A stretch of 40,359 bases of DNA from a bacterium (GTDB lineage Bacteria; SZUA-79; Acidulodesulfobacterales; Acidulodesulfobacteraceae), in assembly GCA_021828255.1 (NCBI GenBank), contig JAKASB010000003.1, positions 1 through 40,359 of the forward strand, given 5' to 3'. A model generated the notes under the pieces. The model saw only the letters and a list, made by a program, of their open reading frames with translations, was not told the origin of the DNA and did no database searches. The position numbers were made by a program, and so were the translations under genes. Below are positions 1 through 7,988 of this stretch, piece after piece; the stretch's first letter is position 1, and each line of letters starts with the position of its first letter.

Positions 1-57
1 AAAGGAAAAAAGATATTAAAATATTGGGGATTTTCTCCGGTGAAATTAAACAGATAA
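1..57 (+). CDS. 3-prime end of an ORF running in from upstream, possibly the periplasmic molybdate/tungstate-binding protein of the adjacent ABC system (partial)
   Basis: Frame 1 is open from the window edge to TAA at 55-57 (KGKKILKYWGFSPVKLNR*). The GxKILxxxGF ending resembles C-termini of ModA/WtpA-type binding proteins as I remember them, and the next genes are the permease and ATPase. Only 18 codons are visible. Confidence 0.3.
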   Translation, partial: KGKKILKYWGFSPVKLNR

Positions 58-74
58 AGATAACCACCCATTCC

Positions 75-111
75 GTTCAGCATAAAGCCTTTGGCTTTAT
101 AAACGCTGAAC
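75..111. repeat. Nested stem-loop of unknown function
   Basis: GTTCAGC(75-81)-ATAAAGCC(82-89)-ttt-GGCTTTAT(93-100)-aaac-GCTGAAC(105-111). Both arm pairs are perfect complements, and no T-tract follows. Confidence 0.6.
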
Positions 112-131
112 TCCATAGCTGACGGGCACCC

Positions 132-182
132 ATATTTTTCTGCAGGAAAAGACGTGCTTTTCCAAATCACGCAGAAAAATAT
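132..182. repeat. Nested stem-loop of unknown function
   Basis: The outer 12-bp stem ATATTTTTCTGC (132-143) pairs with GCAGAAAAATAT (171-182). The inner 7-bp stem GGAAAAG (145-151) pairs with CTTTTCC (157-163). Confidence 0.6.
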
Positions 183-226
183 ATCTTATTAAGGAGGGGA
201 GTTGTAGCGATTGTTTATAAGAAGAA

Positions 227-270
227 GAAAAAGGTGTCAAGAAAAAGGTGTCCAAGAAAAAGGTGTCAGA
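227..270 (+). repeat. Three tandem copies of a 14-15 nt unit with core GAAAAAGGTGTC
   Basis: GAAAAAGGTGTCAA (227-240), GAAAAAGGTGTCCAA (241-255) and GAAAAAGGTGTCAGA (256-270), read directly from the sequence. Confidence 0.9.
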
Positions 271-329
271 TTTATTTATTTCCTATTGAGTTACCGTCCG
301 AAAATAAATAAAAATCTGACACCTTTTTC
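256..329. repeat. Long inverted repeat (hairpin) built on the third tandem unit plus an inverted fourth copy
   Basis: GAAAAAGGTGTCAGA (256-270) is the exact reverse complement of TCTGACACCTTTTTC (315-329). TTTATTTATTT (271-281) pairs with AAATAAATAAA (302-312) across a 2-nt bulge. The A-tract/stem/T-tract layout is shaped like a bidirectional terminator. Confidence 0.85.
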
Positions 330-461
330 TGACATTCTTTATCAGAAGGAAGGAAGTTTATAATGTCGCTATCCACTTTTTGCAAATACCATAATGGAAT
401 TTATGATAAAATCATATTATTAAATAGAAGAATCTTTATGCGCCAATTTTTTTAAATATAT

Positions 462-1265
462 ATGCCTTTAAATAAAAACAGAATATTCGATATACTTGTT
501 TATATTATTTCGTTCTTATTTTTTGCAACGCTGATACTTCTTCTTTCCGGCATATTTTTCCAGACCTCTATTCATCTTTTTATGAAGGAACTAAAAGATG
601 CCGGCCTTTGGAATTCGATATTTTTAAGTTTTAAGCTTTCTTTCATAGTCATCCTAATAAATTTAATAATCGGAATTCCCATAGCCTACGTGTTGTCGTT
701 TAAAAAAAGCAAAATTTCATTTTTATTAGATATAATTTCCGCTCTGCCTCTTACGACCTCCCCATTAGTCATTGGTTTTGCCGTTCTAATTACTATGGGC
801 TCGCTTAATCCTATAGGAAAATTTTTTATCGATAACGGAATAAAATTCGTATTCACGCCTCAGGGCATCGTGCTGGTCCAGCTGATTATATCTTTTCCGT
901 TTTTCGTAAATATAGTAAAAACATCATTCGATTCCATAAACAGAAAAATGCTGGACTTAAGCAAAACGCTGGGCGCGTCCTCATTCGACGTTCTTTTCAA
1001 AATTATAATTCCCCTTTCTTATAACGGAATTATCGCAGGACTTGCAATGAGCTGGTCAAGGTCTATCGGCGAGTATGCCGCAACGCAGATGATTTCCGGC
1101 GTTATTCCTAAAATAACCGAAACCGCTCCAATAGAAGTCTTCGTTAAAACAAGCTACGGCAACTATCCCGCCGCCATTACTATTGCCGGTATATTAATGA
1201 TTATATCGCTGTTCTTCCTCGGTATTTTTAAATATTTCAACTATAAAATAAAAACTAATGTATAA
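462..1265 (+). CDS. ABC transporter permease, ModB/WtpB/CysTW-type (molybdate/tungstate/sulfate family)
   Basis: 267-aa ORF with about six hydrophobic segments. It has an EAA-loop-like region (LSKTLGASSFDVLFKIIIPLSYNGIIAGLAMSWSRSIGEYAAT) typical of binding-protein-dependent permeases. It is followed by an ATPase with a TOBE-like tail. Confidence 0.8.
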   Translation: MPLNKNRIFDILVYIISFLFFATLILLLSGIFFQTSIHLFMKELKDAGLWNSIFLSFKLSFIVILINLIIGIPIAYVLSFKKSKISFLLDIISALPLTTSPLVIGFAVLITMGSLNPIGKFFIDNGIKFVFTPQGIVLVQLIISFPFFVNIVKTSFDSINRKMLDLSKTLGASSFDVLFKIIIPLSYNGIIAGLAMSWSRSIGEYAATQMISGVIPKITETAPIEVFVKTSYGNYPAAITIAGILMIISLFFLGIFKYFNYKIKTNV

Positions 1266-1297
1266 AAAACAAAATCTATAAAAAAAATTAAACTAAT

Positions 1298-2500
1298 ATG
1301 AAACTGCTGGAAATTAAAAATATAAATAAAAGTTTTTTGAATAAAAAAGTTTTGGACGGCATAAATTTAGAAATTGAAAGCGGGGAAATTTCATCTATTT
1401 TCGGCTATTCCGGAGAAGGCAAAAGCACTATGTTAAAAATTATCTGCGGAATATTAAAGCAAGACCGCGGAGACGTCATTCTTAACGCAAAAAATATAAA
1501 TAATCTTGAATCCTACGAAAGACGCACGCCACTTGTAATGGACGAACCGCTTTTGTTTCCCAATATGAATGTAATAGAAAATATCGAATTTGGTTTAAAA
1601 TTAAATCTCAACAAAAGAAACTCCATTAATAATATCGGAAAAAATAAAAAATTATTTTATTCTCCAAAAGAAATAATGGAACTGCTCGGAATAACCGGGC
1701 TTGAAAAAAGATACCCGTCCGAAATAAGCATGGGACAGGCACAAAGAGTTTCTTTGGCAAGGGCTTTAATAGTAAACCCGGATATTATATTGATGGACGA
1801 GCCTTTTTCTAATCTCGATATCATTTCCAAAATAAAAGTAAGAAGGCTAATCAAGGATATTAACCGCGAACTTAAAATTTCAATATTGCTCGTAACGCAC
1901 GACATTGAAGACGTCGTCAATTTATCCGATAAAATGTTTATCTTAAACAACGGCAAGATTCAGGATTCGGGGCATCCTAAAGAAGTTTTAAAAAAACCTT
2001 CTTCTATAGATACGGCTTTCCTTCTCGGAACGGAAAATATATTAGGCGGGGTTATATCGGGAATAGACCCTGATAATAACTTAATAAAAATTAAGGTTAA
2101 AGTTAGGAATGAAAATACGGAATATATAGAATATAATAAAAAAGCGGATGCCGGCGTTATCATAGAAGCAGACTTTCAGGGAAATTTTGAAATAGGCGAA
2201 CAGGTTTTTTTAGCCGTAAGGCCGGAAGAGATAATAATATTAAGAGAAGATAGGCAGGCTTCAAAACCGGTAAGAGAAAACCGTTTTTCCGGAAAAATTA
2301 TTTCGTCCATTTTTACTTCCAGAATGATGGAAATATCGATAAAATCGGAGGAAAATCTGGAGCTTAAAGTTTTAATACCTTTTCATGCTTACGAAGTTAT
2401 GCATCTTTTTGAGGGGAAAACCGTCAACGTATCATTAAAAAAATCATCGATTCATCTTATAAAAAAGAAAAAAACCGTTAAGGACTCGATTTCCCCTTAA
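1298..2500 (+). CDS. ABC transporter ATP-binding protein with C-terminal TOBE-like domain (ModC-like); several motifs are divergent
   Basis: 400 aa. Walker A is GYSGEGKST, Walker B/D-loop is IILMDEPFSNLD, and the H-loop is LLVTHD. The signature reads ISMGQAQRV rather than LSGGQ, and the Q-loop position reads VMDE rather than VFQD. A C-terminal extension of about 150 aa sits in the position of a TOBE domain. Confidence 0.8.
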   Translation: MKLLEIKNINKSFLNKKVLDGINLEIESGEISSIFGYSGEGKSTMLKIICGILKQDRGDVILNAKNINNLESYERRTPLVMDEPLLFPNMNVIENIEFGLKLNLNKRNSINNIGKNKKLFYSPKEIMELLGITGLEKRYPSEISMGQAQRVSLARALIVNPDIILMDEPFSNLDIISKIKVRRLIKDINRELKISILLVTHDIEDVVNLSDKMFILNNGKIQDSGHPKEVLKKPSSIDTAFLLGTENILGGVISGIDPDNNLIKIKVKVRNENTEYIEYNKKADAGVIIEADFQGNFEIGEQVFLAVRPEEIIILREDRQASKPVRENRFSGKIISSIFTSRMMEISIKSEENLELKVLIPFHAYEVMHLFEGKTVNVSLKKSSIHLIKKKKTVKDSISP

Positions 2501-2516
2501 TCCTTGTATAATATCG
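2495..2516 (+). repeat. 22-nt motif CCTTAATCCTTGTATAATATCG, also present as both arms of the hairpin at 40181-40225
   Basis: Direct comparison: 2495-2516 matches 40182-40204 apart from one extra T, and matches the reverse complement of 40207-40224. It covers the stop codon of the ATPase gene (TAA 2498-2500). Confidence 0.7.
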
Positions 2517-2520
2517 AGGG

Positions 2521-3915
2521 TTATGATTTATTTACCGGCGGGAAGGCAGGCTCGACTTCCAAAACTTTTGATTTTAAACTGCCGTCGTTTAAAACTATCT
2601 TTATATTTTCTTTTTCTTTAACTTGTAAAACCGATGAAACGACCGTTTTTTCTTCCGAAAAAACTATGCCGTAACCCCTTTTAAGAACGTTGTAAGGGCT
2701 CAATGAATTCAATGCCTTGACTTCGGTTTTAACCCTGTTTTTATAATTTGAAATTGTTATTTCCGCCGCCCTTTTAAGCCTGTCAGATAGTCCGGTTATA
2801 TATAGCCTGCGTTCTTTAAAAATATTTAAAGGACTTTTCAGCAAAAGCCTTTTACGCAGATGCGAAACATTCAGCCTTAATAAATTTATTCGCCCTCCGG
2901 CTAAGTTTTGCAGGCTTTCGGCGAGGTCGTAAACCCTGATTTTTCTATCCTGAATAATCCTCTTCGGAGAAACTTTTTCCATATTTTTAATTAAATTAGA
3001 CAGTTCGGCTTTCCTGTTTGAAATTAAATTAATAATACCCTGTCTTATTCTATCACGCAAGGTTTCTACCTGCCTTGTGAGTTCGGACTTTAGAGGAACC
3101 GCCATTTCGGCGGCATTTGACGGCGTCGAAGCCCTTTTGTCGGCAACGAAGTCGGCAATAGTAAAATCCGTTTCGTGACCGACGGCGCTAATCACCGGAA
3201 CGGAAGAATTATAAATCGCCCTTGCGGTAATTTCTTCGTTAAAAGACCATAAGTCCTCTATACTTCCGCCGCCCCTGCCGACTATAATCACGTCGATTTT
3301 TCTTTTTGTCCTGCCGTATAAATTTAAAAGTTCTATCGCCTGCGCAATTTCTGCCGCGCTGTTTTGTCCCTGAACGCTTGCGTTTGCAAAAACTATGGAT
3401 ACGTTTTCAAACCTCGATTTTATGATTTTCACGATATCATGCAAAACTGCGCCGCTTCTCGACGTAACTATGCCTATGGTTTCAGGCAGAAAAGGTATCG
3501 CCCTTTTGCGCGATTCATCGAACAAGCCTTCCCGCTTAAGTTTTTCTTTTAACCTCTCGAACAATATATAAAGCTCGCCGTAGCCGAGAGGCTCTATTTC
3601 GGATACTATAAAGCTATATTCGCCTCTCGGCTCGTATAAATTAATTCTTCCGTAAACCGTTACGGACAATCCGTCCTTTATGTCGAATTTTATTTTACTT
3701 ACGTCGCTTTTGAATATTATACATTTTAATTTTGAGGATTCGTCTTTAAGGTCAAAATAATATCTCGAAGGATAATTTGTTTTTAACCCCGATATTTCAC
3801 CTTTTATTCTGATGCCGTAAAAAGCATTTTCTATTGTTTCCTTCAGAAGACGGGAGAATTCGGAAACGGTCAAAGTCATCTTACTAAAATCTTTTTCGCA
3901 GGTATCTTTATTCAT
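2521..3915 (-). CDS. xseA: Exodeoxyribonuclease VII large subunit
   Basis: 464 aa with hallmark XseA segments IGIVTSRSGAVLHDI, VGRGGGSIEDLWSFNEE and PVISAVGHETDFTIADFVADKRASTPSNAAE. The partner gene xseB is at 26728. The start could instead be Met13 (MTLTVSEF). Confidence 0.9.
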   Translation of the reverse strand: MNKDTCEKDFSKMTLTVSEFSRLLKETIENAFYGIRIKGEISGLKTNYPSRYYFDLKDESSKLKCIIFKSDVSKIKFDIKDGLSVTVYGRINLYEPRGEYSFIVSEIEPLGYGELYILFERLKEKLKREGLFDESRKRAIPFLPETIGIVTSRSGAVLHDIVKIIKSRFENVSIVFANASVQGQNSAAEIAQAIELLNLYGRTKRKIDVIIVGRGGGSIEDLWSFNEEITARAIYNSSVPVISAVGHETDFTIADFVADKRASTPSNAAEMAVPLKSELTRQVETLRDRIRQGIINLISNRKAELSNLIKNMEKVSPKRIIQDRKIRVYDLAESLQNLAGGRINLLRLNVSHLRKRLLLKSPLNIFKERRLYITGLSDRLKRAAEITISNYKNRVKTEVKALNSLSPYNVLKRGYGIVFSEEKTVVSSVLQVKEKENIKIVLNDGSLKSKVLEVEPAFPPVNKS

Positions 3916-3939
3916 AATTAATCACAATAATATCATATT

Positions 3940-5487
3940 CTATCTATTATCATACATTTTATTTTTAATAAAAAAAGCCACGGCTGCTCCAGCAAGCGTT
4001 ATATAACCGAGTATGGCGAACGAATCTCCATAAGAAGCTACAGAAGCCAACATCTGTATTATTTCGTCAAAAAAACCTAAGGACGGACTCGGAAAAATAG
4101 TCCCGGATCTGAAATATGCCGCCGCCTTGCTTATTAAATTCCCGTTAATAAAATTTATTACGCCGTGGTATGCATAAGAATTATATTTTATGTCTCTTGC
4201 ATACTGGTTAAAGTGATAAACCTGCCTTACGACAAGTTCGTTACCTATGAAGGCTATGCCGAAGGAGGCTCCAATCTGAAGCGATACCGGAATTAAACCG
4301 GAGGCTTCGGGAATCAGTTCTTTTTTAACGGAATTTAATGCGGCGCTCATTACAGGCGCATTCAAAAGCCCTATGCCGACGCCTCTTATCAACTGATTCA
4401 CTACTATATCGTAAACGCTTGTATTTAAAGAAAGATTATCGAACATAAACATAGATGCCGCAACGATTAACAGTCCTACAAAAAGTGGATATCTGGGTCC
4501 TATTCTATCCGATATTTTCCCTGAAAAAGGGGATACTAAAGCTACCGCAATGGCGGTAGGAGCCATTAAAATACCGGCATCCATGGCATTATAGTTTAGG
4601 ACGTTTTCTATGAAAAGCGGAAGCAAAAACATAGCCCCGAAAATCCCCACTGCCCTGACCATGTTGACTATAAATGCAATGACAAAATTATAGCTTTTGA
4701 AAATATCTAAATTAAGAAGAGGGACTTCAACAAATAATTCGGCTATTATAAAAAAAACGAACGAAAAACCGCTTATAACTTCCGATTGTATTATTATAGG
4801 CGCATGCCAGCCTAGAGTCTGCCCTTCATTCAGAGCGTACAATAAAGAAGCTATAGATAATGCCATAAATAAAAACCCCAGCATATCGAATTTTTTCATA
4901 TATTTTTTTACCGGTATATCGTGGGTTAAAATTGCGATGGAACCTAATATGGAAATAATTCCAATAGGAACGTTAACAAAAAATATCCATCTCCAGTTTA
5001 CGTAATCGACAAGATATCCGCCGAGAGTCGGTCCTACCGCCGGAGCTACCATTGCGCCGATAGACCATATTCCCATAGCCTCGCCCCTTTCGTTAGGCGG
5101 AAACACTTCCGCAAGCAAAGTCAAACCGGTCGGCGTAAGCCCGGCGCCTCCGATAGCCTGTATAACACGAAAAATAACAAGGTCGGTAAAAGACGGGGAA
5201 AACCCGCATAAAGCCGAACCGATGACAAAAACAATAATGGATACTATAAAAGGATATTTTATTCCCCATTTTCTTCTGATATAAGCCATCGGAAGTATAA
5301 CTATGGAATAGACTATAGTATAGCCTATCATTACCCATTCCACATCCGTAACGTTAATTCCGAAATGGGACATCATCTTGGGGAGCCCGACCGTTACGAT
5401 ATTAACGTCGAGTATTGCCATAAAGGAGGATACTACGACAAGGGCAAGAACTATCCACTTGTAGTTTTTATGAGATTTTTCAACCAT
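3940..5487 (-). CDS. MFS transporter, DHA2 (EmrB/QacA-like, 14-TMS) drug:proton antiporter family
   Basis: 515 aa with about 14 hydrophobic segments. It has MFS motif-A-like (RRKWG) and motif-C-like (VGPTLGGYLV) segments. It lies directly downstream of a TetR gene on the same strand. Confidence 0.85.
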   Translation of the reverse strand: MVEKSHKNYKWIVLALVVVSSFMAILDVNIVTVGLPKMMSHFGINVTDVEWVMIGYTIVYSIVILPMAYIRRKWGIKYPFIVSIIVFVIGSALCGFSPSFTDLVIFRVIQAIGGAGLTPTGLTLLAEVFPPNERGEAMGIWSIGAMVAPAVGPTLGGYLVDYVNWRWIFFVNVPIGIISILGSIAILTHDIPVKKYMKKFDMLGFLFMALSIASLLYALNEGQTLGWHAPIIIQSEVISGFSFVFFIIAELFVEVPLLNLDIFKSYNFVIAFIVNMVRAVGIFGAMFLLPLFIENVLNYNAMDAGILMAPTAIAVALVSPFSGKISDRIGPRYPLFVGLLIVAASMFMFDNLSLNTSVYDIVVNQLIRGVGIGLLNAPVMSAALNSVKKELIPEASGLIPVSLQIGASFGIAFIGNELVVRQVYHFNQYARDIKYNSYAYHGVINFINGNLISKAAAYFRSGTIFPSPSLGFFDEIIQMLASVASYGDSFAILGYITLAGAAVAFFIKNKMYDNR

Positions 5488-5502
5488 TTTCTTTAATAAA
5501 AA

Positions 5503-6114
5503 TTATTTAACGGATATACCGCGCAGGAATAGATTTAATATCTCTTCTGTATCGTTTTCTATCATTTCCGGCGCCGGTTCGAATATGTCGTTAAGAAAAT
5601 TATATATAGCGCTGGTCTTAATTAAAGAAACAAGCATATATCCGCTTTTAGCAGGACTTAAATCTTGCCTAAACTCTCCGGATTCTATTCCCGATTTAAT
5701 AATCTCCCCTATAAAATAGGCATATCTTTTCCTTCTTAAGTTAAAAGATTCTTTTGACTTTTTTTTCAAAAAAACGACGTTAACTTCGTCTAAAAAAATA
5801 GTTTTAAAAAAATACCTGTTTTCATAAATATGATTAATATTCTCGTTAATCAGAGCCTTTAGCTTATTAACTCCGCCTTTCTCTTTTGCTACTCTATCTT
5901 TTATCCTTTCAAACATCTTCTCAAAACCGGAAGATAAAACTTTCTCTAAAAGATCGTCTTTATCTTTAAAGTAAAGATAAACCGTTCCTTTGGCGATACC
6001 GGCTTTTTGCGCTACTTTATCCATGGTTAAAGCGGAAAATCCGATTCCCTCTATCAACTTCTTTGAAGACGATAAAATCAATTCATATTTATCTATATTT
6101 TCAACCATATACAT
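5503..6114 (-). CDS. TetR/AcrR family transcriptional regulator
   Basis: 203 aa with the N-terminal HTH LTMDKVAQKAGIAKGTVYLYFKDKDDLL. There is an alternative start at Met3 (ATG at 6106-6108). Confidence 0.9.
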   Translation of the reverse strand: MYMVENIDKYELILSSSKKLIEGIGFSALTMDKVAQKAGIAKGTVYLYFKDKDDLLEKVLSSGFEKMFERIKDRVAKEKGGVNKLKALINENINHIYENRYFFKTIFLDEVNVVFLKKKSKESFNLRRKRYAYFIGEIIKSGIESGEFRQDLSPAKSGYMLVSLIKTSAIYNFLNDIFEPAPEMIENDTEEILNLFLRGISVK

Positions 6115-6115
6115 T

Positions 6116-6144
6116 ATTATAATGACTTAAAAGTCATAATACAA
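6116..6144 (-). promoter_or_regulatory. Candidate sigma70 promoter of the TetR-MFS operon with a palindromic operator in the spacer
   Basis: Read on the minus strand: -35 TTGTAT (6139-6144), a 17-nt spacer, and -10 TATAAT (6116-6121). The spacer contains the palindrome ATGACTT-aa-AAGTCAT (6122-6137). The -10 ends 1 nt before ATG 6114 and 7 nt before ATG 6108. Confidence 0.45.
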
Positions 6145-6163
6145 TAAAAAAAATAATTTTATT

Positions 6164-6715
6164 TTAATTCTGGCAGAATTGCATTAAAGGCTGTCTCAAT
6201 TTTTTAATTAAAAAAGAAAGCGTCAGAAGCATTATTATGACATAAACTATGGAAAAAACAGTATGAACTATGCCGTTATTTTCTATGTTTAATCCGTAAA
6301 TTAATAAATTTGCAAAAATCAAAACAGGAAACGACCACATTAAAATCCATCCTTCGATAAAATGAAAACAGTGGGCTTCTTTGCCGTAAAGCCCAGCCAA
6401 TCCTGCAAGAACAAGCCCTATAGATATGATTAAAATTTCAGGACTTTTAAAACCCGTAGTAATATATCCTGCTCCAAACAAAATCCCCAAAATTACGCAG
6501 GATAATATAAATATTTTGATTTCTTTCTTCCATACTAAAAGAAACGACGACGAAATCAACGAACCTGCGTAAAAAATAGAAATTCCGGCATAAAAGCCTG
6601 GTATATTCAAAAAAATATATGAAAAAACAAATAAAACTATTCCTATAAAACCTATGACATAACCAGACCTGTAAATAATATCGTAAGATTTAGGGTAATA
6701 AACGTCGGTTTTCAT
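6164..6715 (-). CDS. Hypothetical integral membrane protein
   Basis: 183-aa ORF with five to six hydrophobic segments and coding-like composition. I cannot name a family with confidence. Confidence 0.6.
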   Translation of the reverse strand: MKTDVYYPKSYDIIYRSGYVIGFIGIVLFVFSYIFLNIPGFYAGISIFYAGSLISSSFLLVWKKEIKIFILSCVILGILFGAGYITTGFKSPEILIISIGLVLAGLAGLYGKEAHCFHFIEGWILMWSFPVLIFANLLIYGLNIENNGIVHTVFSIVYVIIMLLTLSFLIKKLRQPLMQFCQN

Positions 6716-6746
6716 AAATGCCGCCTGCTTTGATTTTATTAAAATA

Positions 6747-7988
6747 TTATTTAACCTTGCCGAGAACGGAAATATTTCTGTTTTCCTTACTTGAAAATAA
6801 CCGCTCGGAAATTCTTTTAACAGCCTGTCTATCGACTTTTTCTATCTTTTTTAAAACCTGCGCCTTGGAAATATATCTGCCTTCGTAAATTTCGTTAATG
6901 GCATTGCGGTTCATAATATTTCCGGTAGATTCCATGCCAAGAAGAAAACCGTCGTATATATGTTTTTTTGCATTCATAATTTCATCGTCGCTGATATCGC
7001 CGCCTACTATGCCGTCGATTATATCAAAAATAAGCTCTTTGGAAAGTTTGAATTTTTTAGGAGAAACGCCTGCATAAATATAAAAGTATCCGTCAGACTT
7101 ATGAAATACCGAATTTGAATAAATAGAGTATGCAAGCCCTTTATTTTCCCTTACTTCCTGAAAAAGCTTAGAGCTGACCGAACTGCCTAAAATAGTGTTT
7201 AAAACTTCTACAGGAAAAAAATCTTCGTCAGATCTGCTTATACCTTCGAGTCCTATTAAAAAATGGGTCTGCTCCAGATCCTTATCTTGGAAAAAATCGC
7301 CGTACACTTTATCGGTTTTAAATTTTTTTTGTATGATTTTGTTATCAAATCGTGAAACAATTTTATTCATACGGCTATTTACCGAACCCGCTATCTTATC
7401 GTGTTCAAAATTGCCGGAGACAGAAATTACGATATTTTGAGGATTATAATGCGTATAATAATAATCTAATATTTTCTTTCTGTCAAAATCTTTAATCGTA
7501 TTTGCGGTTCCCAGAATAGGAAAGGCATATGAGGAATTTCCGTAAAAATTTCTATGAAAAAGTTCCATCGAATAATCCGAAGGATCGTCCTGAACGCCCG
7601 AAATTTCCTGTAATATCACGCTTTTTTCTTTTTCGATTTCATCTTCGGGAAACAAAGAATTAAACATCAAATCGATTAAAAGATCGAGGGCGTCGTCGTA
7701 GTTTTTATATAAAACTTTGGTATATAAACATGTAAGCTCCGTTCCGGTAAAAGCGTTCAGCGCTCCTCCCATAAGGTCTATTTCCCTGTTTATTTCTTTA
7801 TAAGTTCTGTTTTTAGTTCCCTTAAAGAGCAGATGTTCTATAAAATGAGATATGCCGTTTAATTCTGCCGGCTCGTAAACCGAGCCGGTTTTTACCCACA
7901 ATCCGATACTTATAGAGTTAAAATATGACTTTTTTTCCGTTATAAGCGTAATCCCTGATTCTAAAACTTCTTTTTTAAAGTTCTTCAT
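6747..7988 (-). CDS. M16 (pitrilysin/insulinase) family zinc peptidase
   Basis: 413 aa with the inverted zinc motif HxxEH (HFIEHLLFKGT) and a downstream Glu region (LNAFTGTELT). It has a 4-nt ATGA overlap with the pnp stop. A pnp-M16 pairing is common in bacteria. Confidence 0.85.
   Translation of the reverse strand: MKNFKKEVLESGITLITEKKSYFNSISIGLWVKTGSVYEPAELNGISHFIEHLLFKGTKNRTYKEINREIDLMGGALNAFTGTELTCLYTKVLYKNYDDALDLLIDLMFNSLFPEDEIEKEKSVILQEISGVQDDPSDYSMELFHRNFYGNSSYAFPILGTANTIKDFDRKKILDYYYTHYNPQNIVISVSGNFEHDKIAGSVNSRMNKIVSRFDNKIIQKKFKTDKVYGDFFQDKDLEQTHFLIGLEGISRSDEDFFPVEVLNTILGSSVSSKLFQEVRENKGLAYSIYSNSVFHKSDGYFYIYAGVSPKKFKLSKELIFDIIDGIVGGDISDDEIMNAKKHIYDGFLLGMESTGNIMNRNAINEIYEGRYISKAQVLKKIEKVDRQAVKRISERLFSSKENRNISVLGKVK

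Noticed and set aside
60-200. Possible molybdenum-cofactor (Moco/Tuco) riboswitch, given the adjacent ModB/ModC-like genes
   Set aside because: I could not match the region to what I remember of the Moco consensus. It also lies after, not before, the first gene of the operon. This needs a cmsearch with RF01055 before it can be claimed.
227-270. Tandem 14-15 nt repeats considered as a CRISPR array
   Set aside because: There are only three abutting copies with no spacers, the unit is far shorter than CRISPR repeats, and there are no cas genes in the window.
211-363. TTG-initiated ORF of about 50 codons (LFIRRRKRCQEKGVQEKGVRFIYF...) running through the tandem repeats, 13 nt after an AAGGAGG
   Set aside because: The peptide is just the translation of the repeats and hairpin arms. 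It has a non-ATG start with long SD spacing, and there is no independent coding signal.
5093-5338. Same-strand out-of-frame ORFs nested in real genes (5093-5338 in the MFS gene, 23258-23500 in pilT, 28126-28314 in dxs, 30625-30852 in the TPR gene)
   Set aside because: They are alternative frames of well-supported genes, with no start context or motifs.
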